Below, one piece after another: positions 1 through 9,802 of a DNA stretch of 64,000 bases. The stretch lies in the NCBI GenBank assembly GCA_003963115.1, contig RXJQ01000004.1, positions 111,511-175,510 of the forward strand, given 5' to 3'. The number at the start of each line of letters is the position of its first letter. Position 1 is the first letter of the stretch. Source of the DNA: Burkholderiales bacterium. Its GTDB lineage: Bacteria; Pseudomonadota; Gammaproteobacteria; Burkholderiales; Burkholderiaceae_C. The position numbers and the translations under genes were made by a program. The notes under the pieces are model-generated. The model saw only the letters and a program-made list of their open reading frames with translations. It did no database searches and was not told the DNA's origin.

Positions 1-21
1 CTCGAAAACGGCAGGGCAGAG

Positions 22-1776
22 TTGTCTACAGGGCGCCAGAACATGACATTGCGAAATCCGACCCTGCTGCCGCGTCGCGTTGTGGAGGCCGGTGGCAACC
101 GTTGGGACTGGGCCCTGCTGCCGCTGGTGCTGGCCATCCTGGTGCTGCTGGCCTATGGCGCGGGCCAAATGGCGCGCCCCTATCAGCTGGGCACGCCCCT
201 GCCGCTGACGCTCGACCCATGGGCCCTGCCTTACTACCTGCTTCGCACCAGCCTGCGCATGTTCATGGCCATGGCCTGCTCGCTGCTGTTCAGTTGCGCC
301 TTTGCAGTGCTGGCCACGAAGTACCGCGCGGCCGAGAAAGTGCTGGTGCCGCTGCTGGACATCCTGCAGTCCATCCCCATCCTGGGCTTTTTGTCGATCA
401 CCGTAACGGGCTTCATTGCGCTGTTTCCAGGCAATCTGTTTGGTGTGGAGTGTGCGGCCATCTTCGCCATCTTCACCTCGCAGGCCTGGAACATGGCCTT
501 CAGCCTCTACCAGTCGCTGCGCACGGTGCCATCGGAGTTGCAGGAGGCCAGCCGCGTTTTCCACCTCTCGGGCTGGCAGCGCTTCTGGCGCCTGGAGATG
601 CCCTTCGCCATGCCACCGCTGCTGTGGAACATGATGATGTCGATGTCGGGTGGCTGGTTCTTCGTGGTGGCCTCGGAGGCCATCTCGGTGTCCAACCAGA
701 ACATCAAGCTGCCGGGCATCGGCTCCTACATCGCGACGGCGATCGAGGCCCGCGACCTGTCTGCCATTGGTTGGGCGATCCTGGCCATGCTGGTGGGCGT
801 GGTGCTCTACGATCAGCTGTTCTTCAGGCCCCTGCTGGCCTGGGCCGATCGCTTCCGCTTTGAAGAAACGGGTGGCGACACAGCTCAGCAGTCATGGCTC
901 CTGACCTGGATCCGTCGCACGGAGCGCCTGCAACGCGTGTTTGATGTGTTCGACCGTCTGCTGGAGCATTCGTTCAAGGTGTTCAAGCTCTCGCACGATG
1001 GCACGTCCATCCGGGCGAGGTCCAGCACCTTTTCAGAGCAATGGTCCCGGCTGTGGGATGCGGTGGTGATGGCCTGCGTGCTTCTGGCGGCTTGGCGCCT
1101 GCTTAACTTCATCCTCGCGGAGGTGGGATGGAGCGAGGTGATGCACGTGTTCGTGCTGGGCATCTACACCCTGATTCGTGTGTTGATCCTCATCGCTTTG
1201 GCGGCGCTGGTCTGGGTGCCCGTTGGCGTGTGGATTGGCATGCGGCCGGCCATGGCGTCGCGCGTGCAGGCCATCGCGCAGTTTCTGGCCGCCTTCCCGG
1301 CCAATCTGATGTTCCCGGTGGCGGTGGTGGTGATCGTGCATTTCCACCTCAACCCGCACATCTGGCTGTCGCCGCTGATGATCCTGGGTACGCAGTGGTA
1401 CATCCTGTTCAATGTGGTGGCCGGCGCCTCGGGCATCCCCACCGAGCTCAGGCTGGCCGCGCAGAACCTGGGCTTGAGCGGCTGGCTGCGTTGGCGGCGC
1501 TACCTGCTGCCGGCGGTGTTTCCCAGCTTCGTCACCGGGGCCATCACGGCCAGCGGCGGTTCATGGAACGCGAGCATTGTGTCGGAGTACGTGAGCTGGG
1601 GTGACACCACCTTGCAGGCCTCGGGCATCGGCAGCTACATCGCCCACATGACCGCCGTGGGCGACTTCCCCCGCATCGCACTGGGCATTGGCGTGATGTG
1701 CATCTTCGTGATGGGGCTCAATCATTTTGTCTGGCGCAGGCTGTATCAGCTCGCCGGCGATCGCATGTATTTTTAG
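22..1776 (+). CDS. ABC transporter permease with duplicated permease halves (NitT/TauT-like)
   Basis: 584-aa very hydrophobic ORF with two multi-TM halves. An ABC ATPase gene follows 8 nt later. Start uncertain (TTG 22 or ATG 43). The substrate-binding component would lie upstream of the window. Confidence 0.8.
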   Translation: MSTGRQNMTLRNPTLLPRRVVEAGGNRWDWALLPLVLAILVLLAYGAGQMARPYQLGTPLPLTLDPWALPYYLLRTSLRMFMAMACSLLFSCAFAVLATKYRAAEKVLVPLLDILQSIPILGFLSITVTGFIALFPGNLFGVECAAIFAIFTSQAWNMAFSLYQSLRTVPSELQEASRVFHLSGWQRFWRLEMPFAMPPLLWNMMMSMSGGWFFVVASEAISVSNQNIKLPGIGSYIATAIEARDLSAIGWAILAMLVGVVLYDQLFFRPLLAWADRFRFEETGGDTAQQSWLLTWIRRTERLQRVFDVFDRLLEHSFKVFKLSHDGTSIRARSSTFSEQWSRLWDAVVMACVLLAAWRLLNFILAEVGWSEVMHVFVLGIYTLIRVLILIALAALVWVPVGVWIGMRPAMASRVQAIAQFLAAFPANLMFPVAVVVIVHFHLNPHIWLSPLMILGTQWYILFNVVAGASGIPTELRLAAQNLGLSGWLRWRRYLLPAVFPSFVTGAITASGGSWNASIVSEYVSWGDTTLQASGIGSYIAHMTAVGDFPRIALGIGVMCIFVMGLNHFVWRRLYQLAGDRMYF

Positions 1777-1784
1777 GAGGTTTC

Positions 1785-3080
1785 ATGATGAGCACACCGA
1801 TCGTGGAACTCAAGCAGGTCGGCAAGTCCTTCAAGCGGCCTGACGGCACGCCGCGTGCCGTGCTGGAGAACGTGGACTTCACCCTGCGCGAAGGCGAGAT
1901 TGTCGCGCTGCTGGGGCAGTCGGGCTCGGGCAAGTCGACCCTGCTGCGCATCATGGCTGGCCTGGTGGGTGCCGATGCAGGCGATGTGAGCTACCGCGGG
2001 CAGCCGCTGTTCGGGCCGGCGCGGGGCATCAGCATGGTGTTCCAGTCCTTTGCCCTGTTTCCATGGTTGACGGTGCAGCAGAACGTGGAACTGGGCCTGG
2101 AGGCGCGCGGCCTGCCCGCCAGCGAGCGCGAGGAGCGTGCCACCAAGGCGATCGAGATGATCGGGCTGGGCGGCTTCGAGGGCGCCTTGCCGCGCGAGCT
2201 GTCGGGCGGCATGCGCCAACGCGTGGGCATTGCGCGTGCACTGGTGGTGCAACCCGATGTGCTCTTGATGGACGAGGCTTTCTCGGCGCTGGATGTGCTC
2301 ACCGGCGAGCGCCTGCGGGAAGACATCCTGGAGCTGTGGGGCGACGGGCAGATGTCGACCAAGGCCATCCTCGTGGTGTCGCACAACATTGAAGAAGCGG
2401 TGCTGATGGCCGACCGCGTGCTGATCTTCTCGAGCAACCCGGGCCGGGTGCGCTTTCAATTGCAGATCAGCCTCAAGCGCCCGCGTGACCCTGACAGCCG
2501 CGAGGTGCGTGCTCTGATCGACGAGGTGTATGCCTTGATGACGGCGGGGGCGATCCAGACAGGTCGCAGCGCCGACGAGACACCGCGCCTGCGCCTGACC
2601 GACGTGCTGCCGCAGGCTGAAGTGGGCCGAATGGAGGCCGTGCTGGAAATGCTCCACGAGGAGCCCTACAACGGCCGAGCCGATTTGCCCAAGCTGGTGG
2701 AAGACAGCGAGCTGAGCGACGAGGAGATGCTGACCACGGCCCAGGCCCTGGCCTTGCTGGACCTGGCCAAGGTGGAGAGCGGCGACCTGAGCATCACGAC
2801 CCTGGGTCAGCGCTATGTGGAAGCCGACAATGTGCAGCGCAAGCTGCTGTTCGGGCGCCAGTTGCTGGCCCGTGTGCCCCTGGCAGCGCACATCCGGCAT
2901 TGCCTGGAGCAGGAGTCTTCACGCGAGTTGGCACGCAAGCCCTTCCTGAAGCTGCTGCGCGACGCGATGGAGCCTCAAGAGGCCGAGGACGTGCTCAAGG
3001 TCGTGATCGAGTGGGCGCGGCACGGCGAAGTCTTCGAGTTTGACTTCAACACCGGCATGATCCACCTGTCTCAGGATTGA
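1785..3080 (+). CDS. ABC transporter ATP-binding protein with C-terminal extension domain
   Basis: Walker A GQSGSGKST, signature LSGGMRQRVGIARAL, Walker B LLMDEAFSALD. ATG 1785 is preceded by AGGAGG. About 190 aa of non-ABC C-terminal region. Confidence 0.88.
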   Translation: MMSTPIVELKQVGKSFKRPDGTPRAVLENVDFTLREGEIVALLGQSGSGKSTLLRIMAGLVGADAGDVSYRGQPLFGPARGISMVFQSFALFPWLTVQQNVELGLEARGLPASEREERATKAIEMIGLGGFEGALPRELSGGMRQRVGIARALVVQPDVLLMDEAFSALDVLTGERLREDILELWGDGQMSTKAILVVSHNIEEAVLMADRVLIFSSNPGRVRFQLQISLKRPRDPDSREVRALIDEVYALMTAGAIQTGRSADETPRLRLTDVLPQAEVGRMEAVLEMLHEEPYNGRADLPKLVEDSELSDEEMLTTAQALALLDLAKVESGDLSITTLGQRYVEADNVQRKLLFGRQLLARVPLAAHIRHCLEQESSRELARKPFLKLLRDAMEPQEAEDVLKVVIEWARHGEVFEFDFNTGMIHLSQD

Positions 3081-3112
3081 AGTCGGCGGGATGGGGCTTG
3101 ATCAGTCCTGCA

Positions 3113-4144
3113 TCAGTTCTGCATCCAAGTGGGCTGATCGTCAGGCGTGCTCATGAGCTCGATCTGCTGGCGCAGCAGGTCGATCTGCTCTTGCCAGTAC
3201 ATCCCCGAGCCAAACCAGGGGAAGGCAGCCGGAAAGGCCGGGTCGTGCCAGCGGCGGGCCAGCCAGGCGCTGTGATGGATGATGCGCAGCGTGCGCAGGG
3301 GCTCGATCAGCTTGAGCTCGCGCCAATCGAATTCGGCCATGGACTCGTAGCCATCCAGCAAGGCGTTGAGCTGCGTCTGGCGTTCGCGCGGGTCGCCGCT
3401 GAGCAGCATCCAGATGTCCTGGATGGCGGGGCCCATGCAGGCGTCGTCCAGGTCCACGAAGTGCGGGCCCTCGGGTGTCCACAGGATGTTGCCGGGGTGG
3501 CAGTCGCCATGCAGGCGGCGCAGGCGCAGGTTACCGATGCGGTCAAACGCGGCCTGGCACAAGTCGAGCGCCTGATCTGCCGCAGCCAGCCAGTTGGTGC
3601 CTTGCTCGATGGGCAGGCTGTCGTGCTCGGCCAGCCAGTGGCGGGCTTGTCGGCCGGTCTGCGCCACGCCCATCGTGGTGCGGTGGGCAAAGGACTGGCG
3701 GGCGCCGACCTCGTGCAGCCGGGCCAGGAAGCGGCCAATCCAGCTGAGCACCTCGGGATCTTCCAGCTCGGGCGAGCGGCCGCCACGCCGGTGGGCCACG
3801 GCCACGCGGTGGCCCTTGAAGAAGCCCAGGGTAGGGGGCTCGCCTTGCAACAGCGCTTCGGGCATGGTGGCATGCAGGGTCATCGGCGGCACGGCCGGTA
3901 CTTCGGCGGCGACCAGCTCGTGCGCGAAGGCATGCTCTTCGAGGATCTGCGCATCGCTCCAACGGCCAGGCCGATAGAACTTGGCGACCACGAAATGGCC
4001 GCTGTCCAGCCCGATCTGGAAGACGCGGTTTTCGTAGGAATTGAGTTGCAGCAAGCGGCCATCGACGCGCTGGCCCAAGGCCTCCAGGGCATCGAGGACA
4101 AGGTCGGGGGTGAGGTCGGCGTAGGGCGTGTCGTCAGCAAGCAT
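3113..4144 (-). CDS. srkA: Stress-response serine/threonine kinase SrkA/YihE-like (APH fold)
   Basis: 343 aa. Catalytic LHGDCHPGNILW and FVDLDDA motifs typical of the APH/YihE kinase fold. Confidence 0.8.
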   Translation of the reverse strand: MLADDTPYADLTPDLVLDALEALGQRVDGRLLQLNSYENRVFQIGLDSGHFVVAKFYRPGRWSDAQILEEHAFAHELVAAEVPAVPPMTLHATMPEALLQGEPPTLGFFKGHRVAVAHRRGGRSPELEDPEVLSWIGRFLARLHEVGARQSFAHRTTMGVAQTGRQARHWLAEHDSLPIEQGTNWLAAADQALDLCQAAFDRIGNLRLRRLHGDCHPGNILWTPEGPHFVDLDDACMGPAIQDIWMLLSGDPRERQTQLNALLDGYESMAEFDWRELKLIEPLRTLRIIHHSAWLARRWHDPAFPAAFPWFGSGMYWQEQIDLLRQQIELMSTPDDQPTWMQN

Positions 4145-4187
4145 GCGCCATCTTACCGAGCCGGCTCGGGCACGGCTTGGGATGCGC

Positions 4188-4517
4188 TCAGATCTGCGGT
4201 TGCTGGCGCCCCCAGCTCACGAGCTGGTCGTTGATCAGGTGCATGACCAGGCCGCAGCTGGCCAGTTGGAAGGCCAACTGGCCGGCCGATTGCGAGATAT
4301 CGACGGCGTTGTCCGATGGGATCAGGGTCAGGGCCAGGATGGCGCCCGCAAACGGGATGCAGGCGGCCAGGGAGCTGGCGGTCAGGGTGCGCCAGTTCAG
4401 AATCTTGCGGCGGCCGAATGCGCGCAGCACCCCTAATTCCCATGCGGCCACGAAGAAGTTCGTGACCAGCACAAAGGACAGGACCATGACACCGAGGAGG
4501 GGGGCGAATGCATTCAT
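4188..4517 (-). CDS. Hypothetical small membrane protein
   Basis: 109-aa ORF with 2-3 hydrophobic segments and GC-rich third codon positions. No recognisable family and no clear Shine-Dalgarno. Confidence 0.45.
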   Translation of the reverse strand: MNAFAPLLGVMVLSFVLVTNFFVAAWELGVLRAFGRRKILNWRTLTASSLAACIPFAGAILALTLIPSDNAVDISQSAGQLAFQLASCGLVMHLINDQLVSWGRQQPQI

Positions 4518-4581
4518 AGTGGAGCCAGAGGATAGCGGCTCACATGCGATTGGCCAAGGGTTAACCCGTGACTGAGGGGGA

Positions 4582-4609
4582 GCGCCATGTGCACGAATTC
4601 ACATGGCGC
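4582..4609. repeat. Perfect 10-bp inverted repeat (GCGCCATGTG-N8-CACATGGCGC)
   Basis: Read directly. Lies 14 nt downstream of the HDOD gene stop on the minus strand. No U-tract follows on either strand. Confidence 0.7.
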
Positions 4610-4622
4610 AATGGGCGTCCGA

Positions 4623-5828
4623 TCAGTCCAATTGCGAGGCGGCGGACATGGCCTTGATCACGGCCGTGTTGATGTCGGCGAAGCTCATGAACAGGGCTTC
4701 GGCGGCTTCCTTGACGTCGTAGACGCTGCTGCCTTCGATGGCCTGCACGAGCCTGAAATAGGGCTCGTAGGGGCCGGTGTTGTCGGCCAGCGCCTGGTAG
4801 ACGCGCTCGGGCACGGGGATGGTCTTGAGCAGCTCGTTGAAGGGTTGCTGGAACATGCGGTCGAGCAGGGAGAACACACCGCAGATGAACAACTCGCCGC
4901 GCATCTCGCTGTCGCCGCTGCTGCGGGCCAGTTCTTCCATCAGCAGGCCACGGCGCACGGCGGCGTACATGACGGGCTTCATGTTCGGGTCCTTGCTGGC
5001 GGTGGCCAGCAGCAGGGCCAGCCAGCGCTTGAGGCGCTGGTAGCCCAGGATCATGATGGCGTGGCGGAAGGAGCTGATCTCCACCGACAGGCCGAAGGCC
5101 GGCGAGTTGATGTAACGCATCAGCTTGTAGGCCAGGGGTGGGTCGCGCTTGAGCGTGTTTTCCAGGTCCTCGATGTCGTCTTGCTTGTGGACCTGGTCGA
5201 TCAATTGCACGATGACCTGCAAGGCGGGCTGGTCGGCCGGCTTGTTGCCTGGCTTGATGACGTCGTCGATGGGCCAGCCCAGCACGGCGGAGGCGCCACG
5301 GCGGAAGCTGGTCTCCATGTCGGCCACGCTGCTGATGCCGGCCTGCACATGGTCGATGTGGCGGGGGATGCCGTCCGGCGCCACGCCTGCGCCGCCAGTG
5401 GTCTGGTCGATGCGGCGGTCTTCTTCGAAATCGACGATGGCGTACTTGAAGCTCGACAGCACCTCACGCGGCAGCTCCTGCAGCGGGCGGCCCTTGAGCA
5501 GCAGGGTGTTGCCGTTGGCATGCAGGGTGCTCAGAGGGCCGGTGTTGCTGGCGTCGCTGGCCATGAAGGCGGGCACCTCCACGACGATGTGGGTGCCGGG
5601 CTGGGCCACGATCAGATCACGCAGCAGCGATTCGCTGGCCACGTTCAGCCACAGCTGAGGGCCCCCGGTCGGCCAGGCTTCGGCCAGCGCGTCCAGCAGG
5701 GAACGCGGGTCGAGCTTGGCACCCTGGTTGAGCGGGAAGACTGTGAGCCGGGTGGCGACGACGCTGCGGTTGCGATCGATGACCGGACAGTAGGCCAAGG
5801 CGGTCTGGCTGAGAATGGGGTGGTCCAT
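4623..5828 (-). CDS. EAL-like + HDOD domain signalling protein (YuxH/COG3434-like)
   Basis: 401 aa. The C-terminal half resembles HDOD (LAYKLMRYINSPAFGL...FRHAIMILGYQRLKRWL). The N-terminal half looks like a degenerate EAL region. Starts 15 nt after the flgL stop. Confidence 0.72.
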   Translation of the reverse strand: MDHPILSQTALAYCPVIDRNRSVVATRLTVFPLNQGAKLDPRSLLDALAEAWPTGGPQLWLNVASESLLRDLIVAQPGTHIVVEVPAFMASDASNTGPLSTLHANGNTLLLKGRPLQELPREVLSSFKYAIVDFEEDRRIDQTTGGAGVAPDGIPRHIDHVQAGISSVADMETSFRRGASAVLGWPIDDVIKPGNKPADQPALQVIVQLIDQVHKQDDIEDLENTLKRDPPLAYKLMRYINSPAFGLSVEISSFRHAIMILGYQRLKRWLALLLATASKDPNMKPVMYAAVRRGLLMEELARSSGDSEMRGELFICGVFSLLDRMFQQPFNELLKTIPVPERVYQALADNTGPYEPYFRLVQAIEGSSVYDVKEAAEALFMSFADINTAVIKAMSAASQLD

Positions 5829-5843
5829 GTAGAGGTCCTGTCC

Positions 5844-7079
5844 TTACCCGTTGATGTATTGGAACAATGACAGCTTCTGGATGGAGGCATAGCTTTGAAG
5901 TGCCGCCTGGTAGCCAGTTTGTTGGTTCTGGAAGCTTGAAATGGCAGCAACCATGTCAAGATCCTCGGCATTGGACTTCTCGGTCTGGGCCGCCAGTTTG
6001 AGCGAGTCGTTGCGGGTCTGGATGCCGTCCATGCGATTGAGCTGCTCGCCCACGGCAGCACGGCCCCCCTGGACGCTGGCAAGGGCCGCGTCCATCTGGG
6101 CCATGCCGGTGTTCACAGCCTGCTGGACCTGGCCGCCGCGCTGGTTGGGCGTGCTCAGGGCCGAGATGACCTTGTCCAGGCTGGTGAAGATATTGAGGTT
6201 GTTGTGGGCCTCGGTGATGTTGAACGAGTCGCCATCGGCAGGCGCACCCGAAATGCCCACGGCCATGCCTTTGCCCGGAATGGCGATCTGCTGGTTGCTC
6301 GTGTAGGGCTGCCCCGTGGCGATGGGGTTGCCATCTTCCAGCACGTCGTAGGTGGTGGTGGAGCCGCTCACATGGAACTGGATGGCGTAGGTGGGCGAAG
6401 GGTTGGCCGGGTAGGGAACCTGGCTGGGCGTGCTGACCGTGCCGGCACTGATCCAGCCTGTGCCGGTATTGGCCTGGCCGGTGTTCACGTTGGTGCCTTG
6501 CGCCGTGTTGAAGACGCCGTTACCCGATTTGCCATTGAGCCAGATCTGCTGGCCGTCCACCGTCAGGTTGAGGTGATCGGCCTGCGAGGCCAGCGTCTCG
6601 CCGGCCGCGCCCTGGAAGATCACGCCCGTGGTGGTGTCGACAAAGGGGGGCGACGACGATCCCTGGCCACCGAACACATAGCCACCGCTGCCGTCGGAGG
6701 TGTTGGCCACGGTCAGCAGTTGCGAGCGGATGTCCTTGAGCTTGGCCAGCAGGGCCTGGCGGTCGCTGTCGGAGTAGCTGCCGTTGCCAGCGGACACCAG
6801 GGTCTCGCGGGCTGTCTGCAGCAGATCGGTTGCATTGCCCAGTGCCGACTCGGCGATGTTCATGACGTTCTTGCTGGCGTCGAGCGTGCGCTGGTCGGCC
6901 TCGGTGCGTGCGATCTGGGCCAGGGCGCGTTCGGCCCGGGCTGCCGCCGTGGGGTCGTCGCTGGCGTAGTTGACGCGCTTGCCGGACGTCAGCTGTTCCT
7001 GGGATGTGGCCAGTTTTTGTTGGCGCTCCTGCAGGTTGCTGATGGTCTGCGAGTAGGTGTAGGCCGTGGCGATGCGCAT
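5844..7079 (-). CDS. flgL: Flagellar hook-associated protein 3 FlgL
   Basis: Flagellin-like N terminus (MRIATAYTYSQTISNLQ...SGKRVNYASDDP) and position after flgK. Confidence 0.9.
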   Translation of the reverse strand: MRIATAYTYSQTISNLQERQQKLATSQEQLTSGKRVNYASDDPTAAARAERALAQIARTEADQRTLDASKNVMNIAESALGNATDLLQTARETLVSAGNGSYSDSDRQALLAKLKDIRSQLLTVANTSDGSGGYVFGGQGSSSPPFVDTTTGVIFQGAAGETLASQADHLNLTVDGQQIWLNGKSGNGVFNTAQGTNVNTGQANTGTGWISAGTVSTPSQVPYPANPSPTYAIQFHVSGSTTTYDVLEDGNPIATGQPYTSNQQIAIPGKGMAVGISGAPADGDSFNITEAHNNLNIFTSLDKVISALSTPNQRGGQVQQAVNTGMAQMDAALASVQGGRAAVGEQLNRMDGIQTRNDSLKLAAQTEKSNAEDLDMVAAISSFQNQQTGYQAALQSYASIQKLSLFQYING

Positions 7080-7094
7080 GGTCAGGCTCCTGGC

Positions 7095-8870
7095 TTATTG
7101 CTGCGCGGTCTGCAGCAAGGTCGCGAACAGCGACTGGGCGATCTGCAGGACCTTGGCCGCAGCCTGGTAACTCTGCTGATACTGGATGAGTTTGGCCGCC
7201 TCTTCGTCGAGGTTGACACCTGACGTGCTGGACAGCGTCTGCTCGGAACTGGTGACCAGGGTCTTGGAGATGTCGGCGGCGGTCTGGCCGCCTTGCACGA
7301 TCACGCCCAGGTTGCCGATCATCTGCGAGTAGGCGTCGGTGACGGTGGTCTTGGTCGTGCCATCCAGCGAGACGATGGCCTGGTCACGCAGGCCCAGCAT
7401 CGCCATGGCGTTGCCGTTGTTGGCAGCGGGGTAGGCGGTGCGCGAGATCTGGATGGTGTCGCCAGCCTTGGGCACACCGGTGATGCTCAGGTTGAACAGG
7501 GCGCCAGTGGGTGTGCTGGCGGGGTCGGCATCGTTGATGGCCGTGCCCGGGGTCCAACTGCGAGGTGGCGAGGTGTCCTTGTAGGCATTGCCGTTGGCGT
7601 CGACGAAGCTGTAGACGAGCTTGGACGGGTCGCTGGGGTCGGTGGCGAACACCACGTTCAAGGCCGTGGTGGACGTGGGCATCGAGGTGGCTGCGTCTGT
7701 GGCGGTGCCGGTGGGCAAGGCCCGGGCCATGGCCAGCGAACTCACGGCGGCGGTGCCGCTGTTGGTGGTGGCCGGCGTGGCAGACAAAGGCGATGCTGCG
7801 GCCAGGCCCTTGGGCGAGGTCATGGCCAGGGTCAGGGCAGCCGCGTCCTTCGTGTTGGTGAACAAGGGCGTGCCGACCGGGTTGCCCGAGGCGTCGAAGG
7901 TGGTCTGCAGATTGCCATCCAGATCGATGCCCAGTGCCTGCTGGCCATTGAGGGCATCGGCGAAGTTGGCGCAGAAGGTGTTGAGCTGCTGCTTGGTCTG
8001 GGCCAGGTCGGAGTCCTGGAACTGCAACAGGCCTTCGAGGGCGCCACCGGTCATCTGGGTGCCGTCCAGGATGCGGTTGGAGCCATTGGTGGCCAGCGCG
8101 ACGCGGCCCAGGCTGGGGTCGGCGGGGTCGCGCACGACGGCCAGGGTCTGGGCCGAATTGCTCAGCACCAATAATTGGCCGCCCCCCATGAAGACGCTGA
8201 GCGTGCCGTCTTCGGCGGGCACGGTCGTGACCTGCACCTGCTGGTTGAGCTGCTTGACCAGTTGGTCGCGTTGGTCCAGCAGGTCGTTGGGGGTGTGGCC
8301 CGAGCCCTGATACTTGGCGATGGCCTGGTTGACGTCGGCGATCTTCTTGGTCAGCGAGTTGACTTGCGCCACCGTGGACTGCATGTCCGAGACCACGCCG
8401 CTTTGCAGATCCTGGAGTTGCTTGCCGGCCGTGTTCATGCGGCTGACCCAGTCCTGCGCCTTGGACAGCGCGACCTGGCGAGCCGAGACGTCCTGCGGGG
8501 CATTGGCCACATCCACAAAAGCGTTGAGCACCTGCGAGGCCGAATAGCCCAGGCCAGTCTCGCCGGTGGGCAGCACGCCTTCGAGTTGCTTGAGCTTGTC
8601 CAGCCGGGTTTGATCAGAGCTGTTCTGCGCTGTGTTGACGTTGACTTCCTTGACCAGGAACTCGTTGGTCGAGCGGGTGACCGTGGTCACCTTCACGCCG
8701 CGGCCATAGAAGCCGGCACCGGTGTACAAGCCGCCTTCGGTAGACAACTCGACCTGCTGGCGCGAATAGCCCGGCGTGTTGACGTTGCTGATGTTGTGCG
8801 CGGTCGTGTCCAGCATGGCCTGCGTGGCCGTCATGGCGGACGAACCGATGGAGAAGATGCCTGAACCCAT
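7095..8870 (-). CDS. flgK: Flagellar hook-associated protein 1 FlgK
   Basis: N terminus SAMTATQAMLDTTAHNISNVNTPGYSRQ, C-terminal VNLDEEAAKLIQYQQSYQAAAKV. 591 aa. Confidence 0.93.
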   Translation of the reverse strand: MGSGIFSIGSSAMTATQAMLDTTAHNISNVNTPGYSRQQVELSTEGGLYTGAGFYGRGVKVTTVTRSTNEFLVKEVNVNTAQNSSDQTRLDKLKQLEGVLPTGETGLGYSASQVLNAFVDVANAPQDVSARQVALSKAQDWVSRMNTAGKQLQDLQSGVVSDMQSTVAQVNSLTKKIADVNQAIAKYQGSGHTPNDLLDQRDQLVKQLNQQVQVTTVPAEDGTLSVFMGGGQLLVLSNSAQTLAVVRDPADPSLGRVALATNGSNRILDGTQMTGGALEGLLQFQDSDLAQTKQQLNTFCANFADALNGQQALGIDLDGNLQTTFDASGNPVGTPLFTNTKDAAALTLAMTSPKGLAAASPLSATPATTNSGTAAVSSLAMARALPTGTATDAATSMPTSTTALNVVFATDPSDPSKLVYSFVDANGNAYKDTSPPRSWTPGTAINDADPASTPTGALFNLSITGVPKAGDTIQISRTAYPAANNGNAMAMLGLRDQAIVSLDGTTKTTVTDAYSQMIGNLGVIVQGGQTAADISKTLVTSSEQTLSSTSGVNLDEEAAKLIQYQQSYQAAAKVLQIAQSLFATLLQTAQQ

Positions 8871-8890
8871 GGTGTACTCCTCTCAAGCCG

Positions 8891-9802
8891 TCACGTCACG
8901 GTCTTTTGCAGACGCAGCGTGGTGTTGATCACCCGGGTGAGCTTGTCCGCGTAGGCGGGATCGGTGGCGTAGCCGGCGCGTTGCAGTCCACGGGCAAAGC
9001 CACTGGCCGTGTCGGCTTGAGCGACAGTCTGACTGTAGCGCGGGCTCTGGCTCAGCAGCTTGGCATGGTCCTTGAAAGCGTCTTCGTAGGAGTCATACGC
9101 ACGGAATTTGGCGGTGACTTTGCGGGCCACGCCGCCGATGTATTCGGTGGTGGTGACCTCGGCGACCTTGCCCTTCCAGTCCGACGTGGCCTTGATGCCA
9201 AACAGGTTGTGGCTGGGCGTGCCGTCCTTCATGTGGATCTCGTGCTTGCCCCAGCCAGACTCCAGTGCAGCCTGGCCCAGGATGTTGGTGGCGGGGATGC
9301 CGGTGGCGGCCTCGGCGGCCTTGGCGGCGTCCTGGTGCTTGAGCACGAAGCGTTGCGAGGCGCTCAGGCTCTTGTCGTCCACAGCCGTGCTGCTGCCGTT
9401 GGTGGTGCTTGTTGCGCTGCTGGTGCTGGTGTCGTCCTGCAGGCGGCCCATCTTCAGGTCGCCCACGCCTTTGAGCGGGCTGTCTTTGATGCCCATCTGG
9501 CGCTCGAGCTGCTTGGCGATGATGTCGCTCAGGCCTCCGGGCAGGCCGGTCATCTGGTTGGCCAGCTGGGTGTCGAGCATGTTGGTGCCCATGTCGGTGG
9601 CCGAGTTGTCCAGCATGCCGCTGCTCATCGTGGTGGCGCGCATGCTCTTGACCAGCTCCTGCATGAACAGGCCCTCGAGCTGCTTGGCCGTGTCTTTGAT
9701 GCCGGCCTTGGGGTCTTTGCCGGACGTGGCTTTCAAGCGCTCCAGGGAGCGCAGGTCCATGCTCAGACCATTGGTCTGGTTGGATGACGTGTCGATGCTC
9801 AT
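8891..9802 (-). CDS. flgJ: Flagellar rod assembly protein/muramidase FlgJ
   Basis: N-terminal rod-binding region (QLEGLFMQELVKSMR) plus C-terminal glucosaminidase-like half (ILGQAALESGWGK). The start overlaps the flgI stop by 1 nt. Confidence 0.9.
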   Translation of the reverse strand: MSIDTSSNQTNGLSMDLRSLERLKATSGKDPKAGIKDTAKQLEGLFMQELVKSMRATTMSSGMLDNSATDMGTNMLDTQLANQMTGLPGGLSDIIAKQLERQMGIKDSPLKGVGDLKMGRLQDDTSTSSATSTTNGSSTAVDDKSLSASQRFVLKHQDAAKAAEAATGIPATNILGQAALESGWGKHEIHMKDGTPSHNLFGIKATSDWKGKVAEVTTTEYIGGVARKVTAKFRAYDSYEDAFKDHAKLLSQSPRYSQTVAQADTASGFARGLQRAGYATDPAYADKLTRVINTTLRLQKTVT

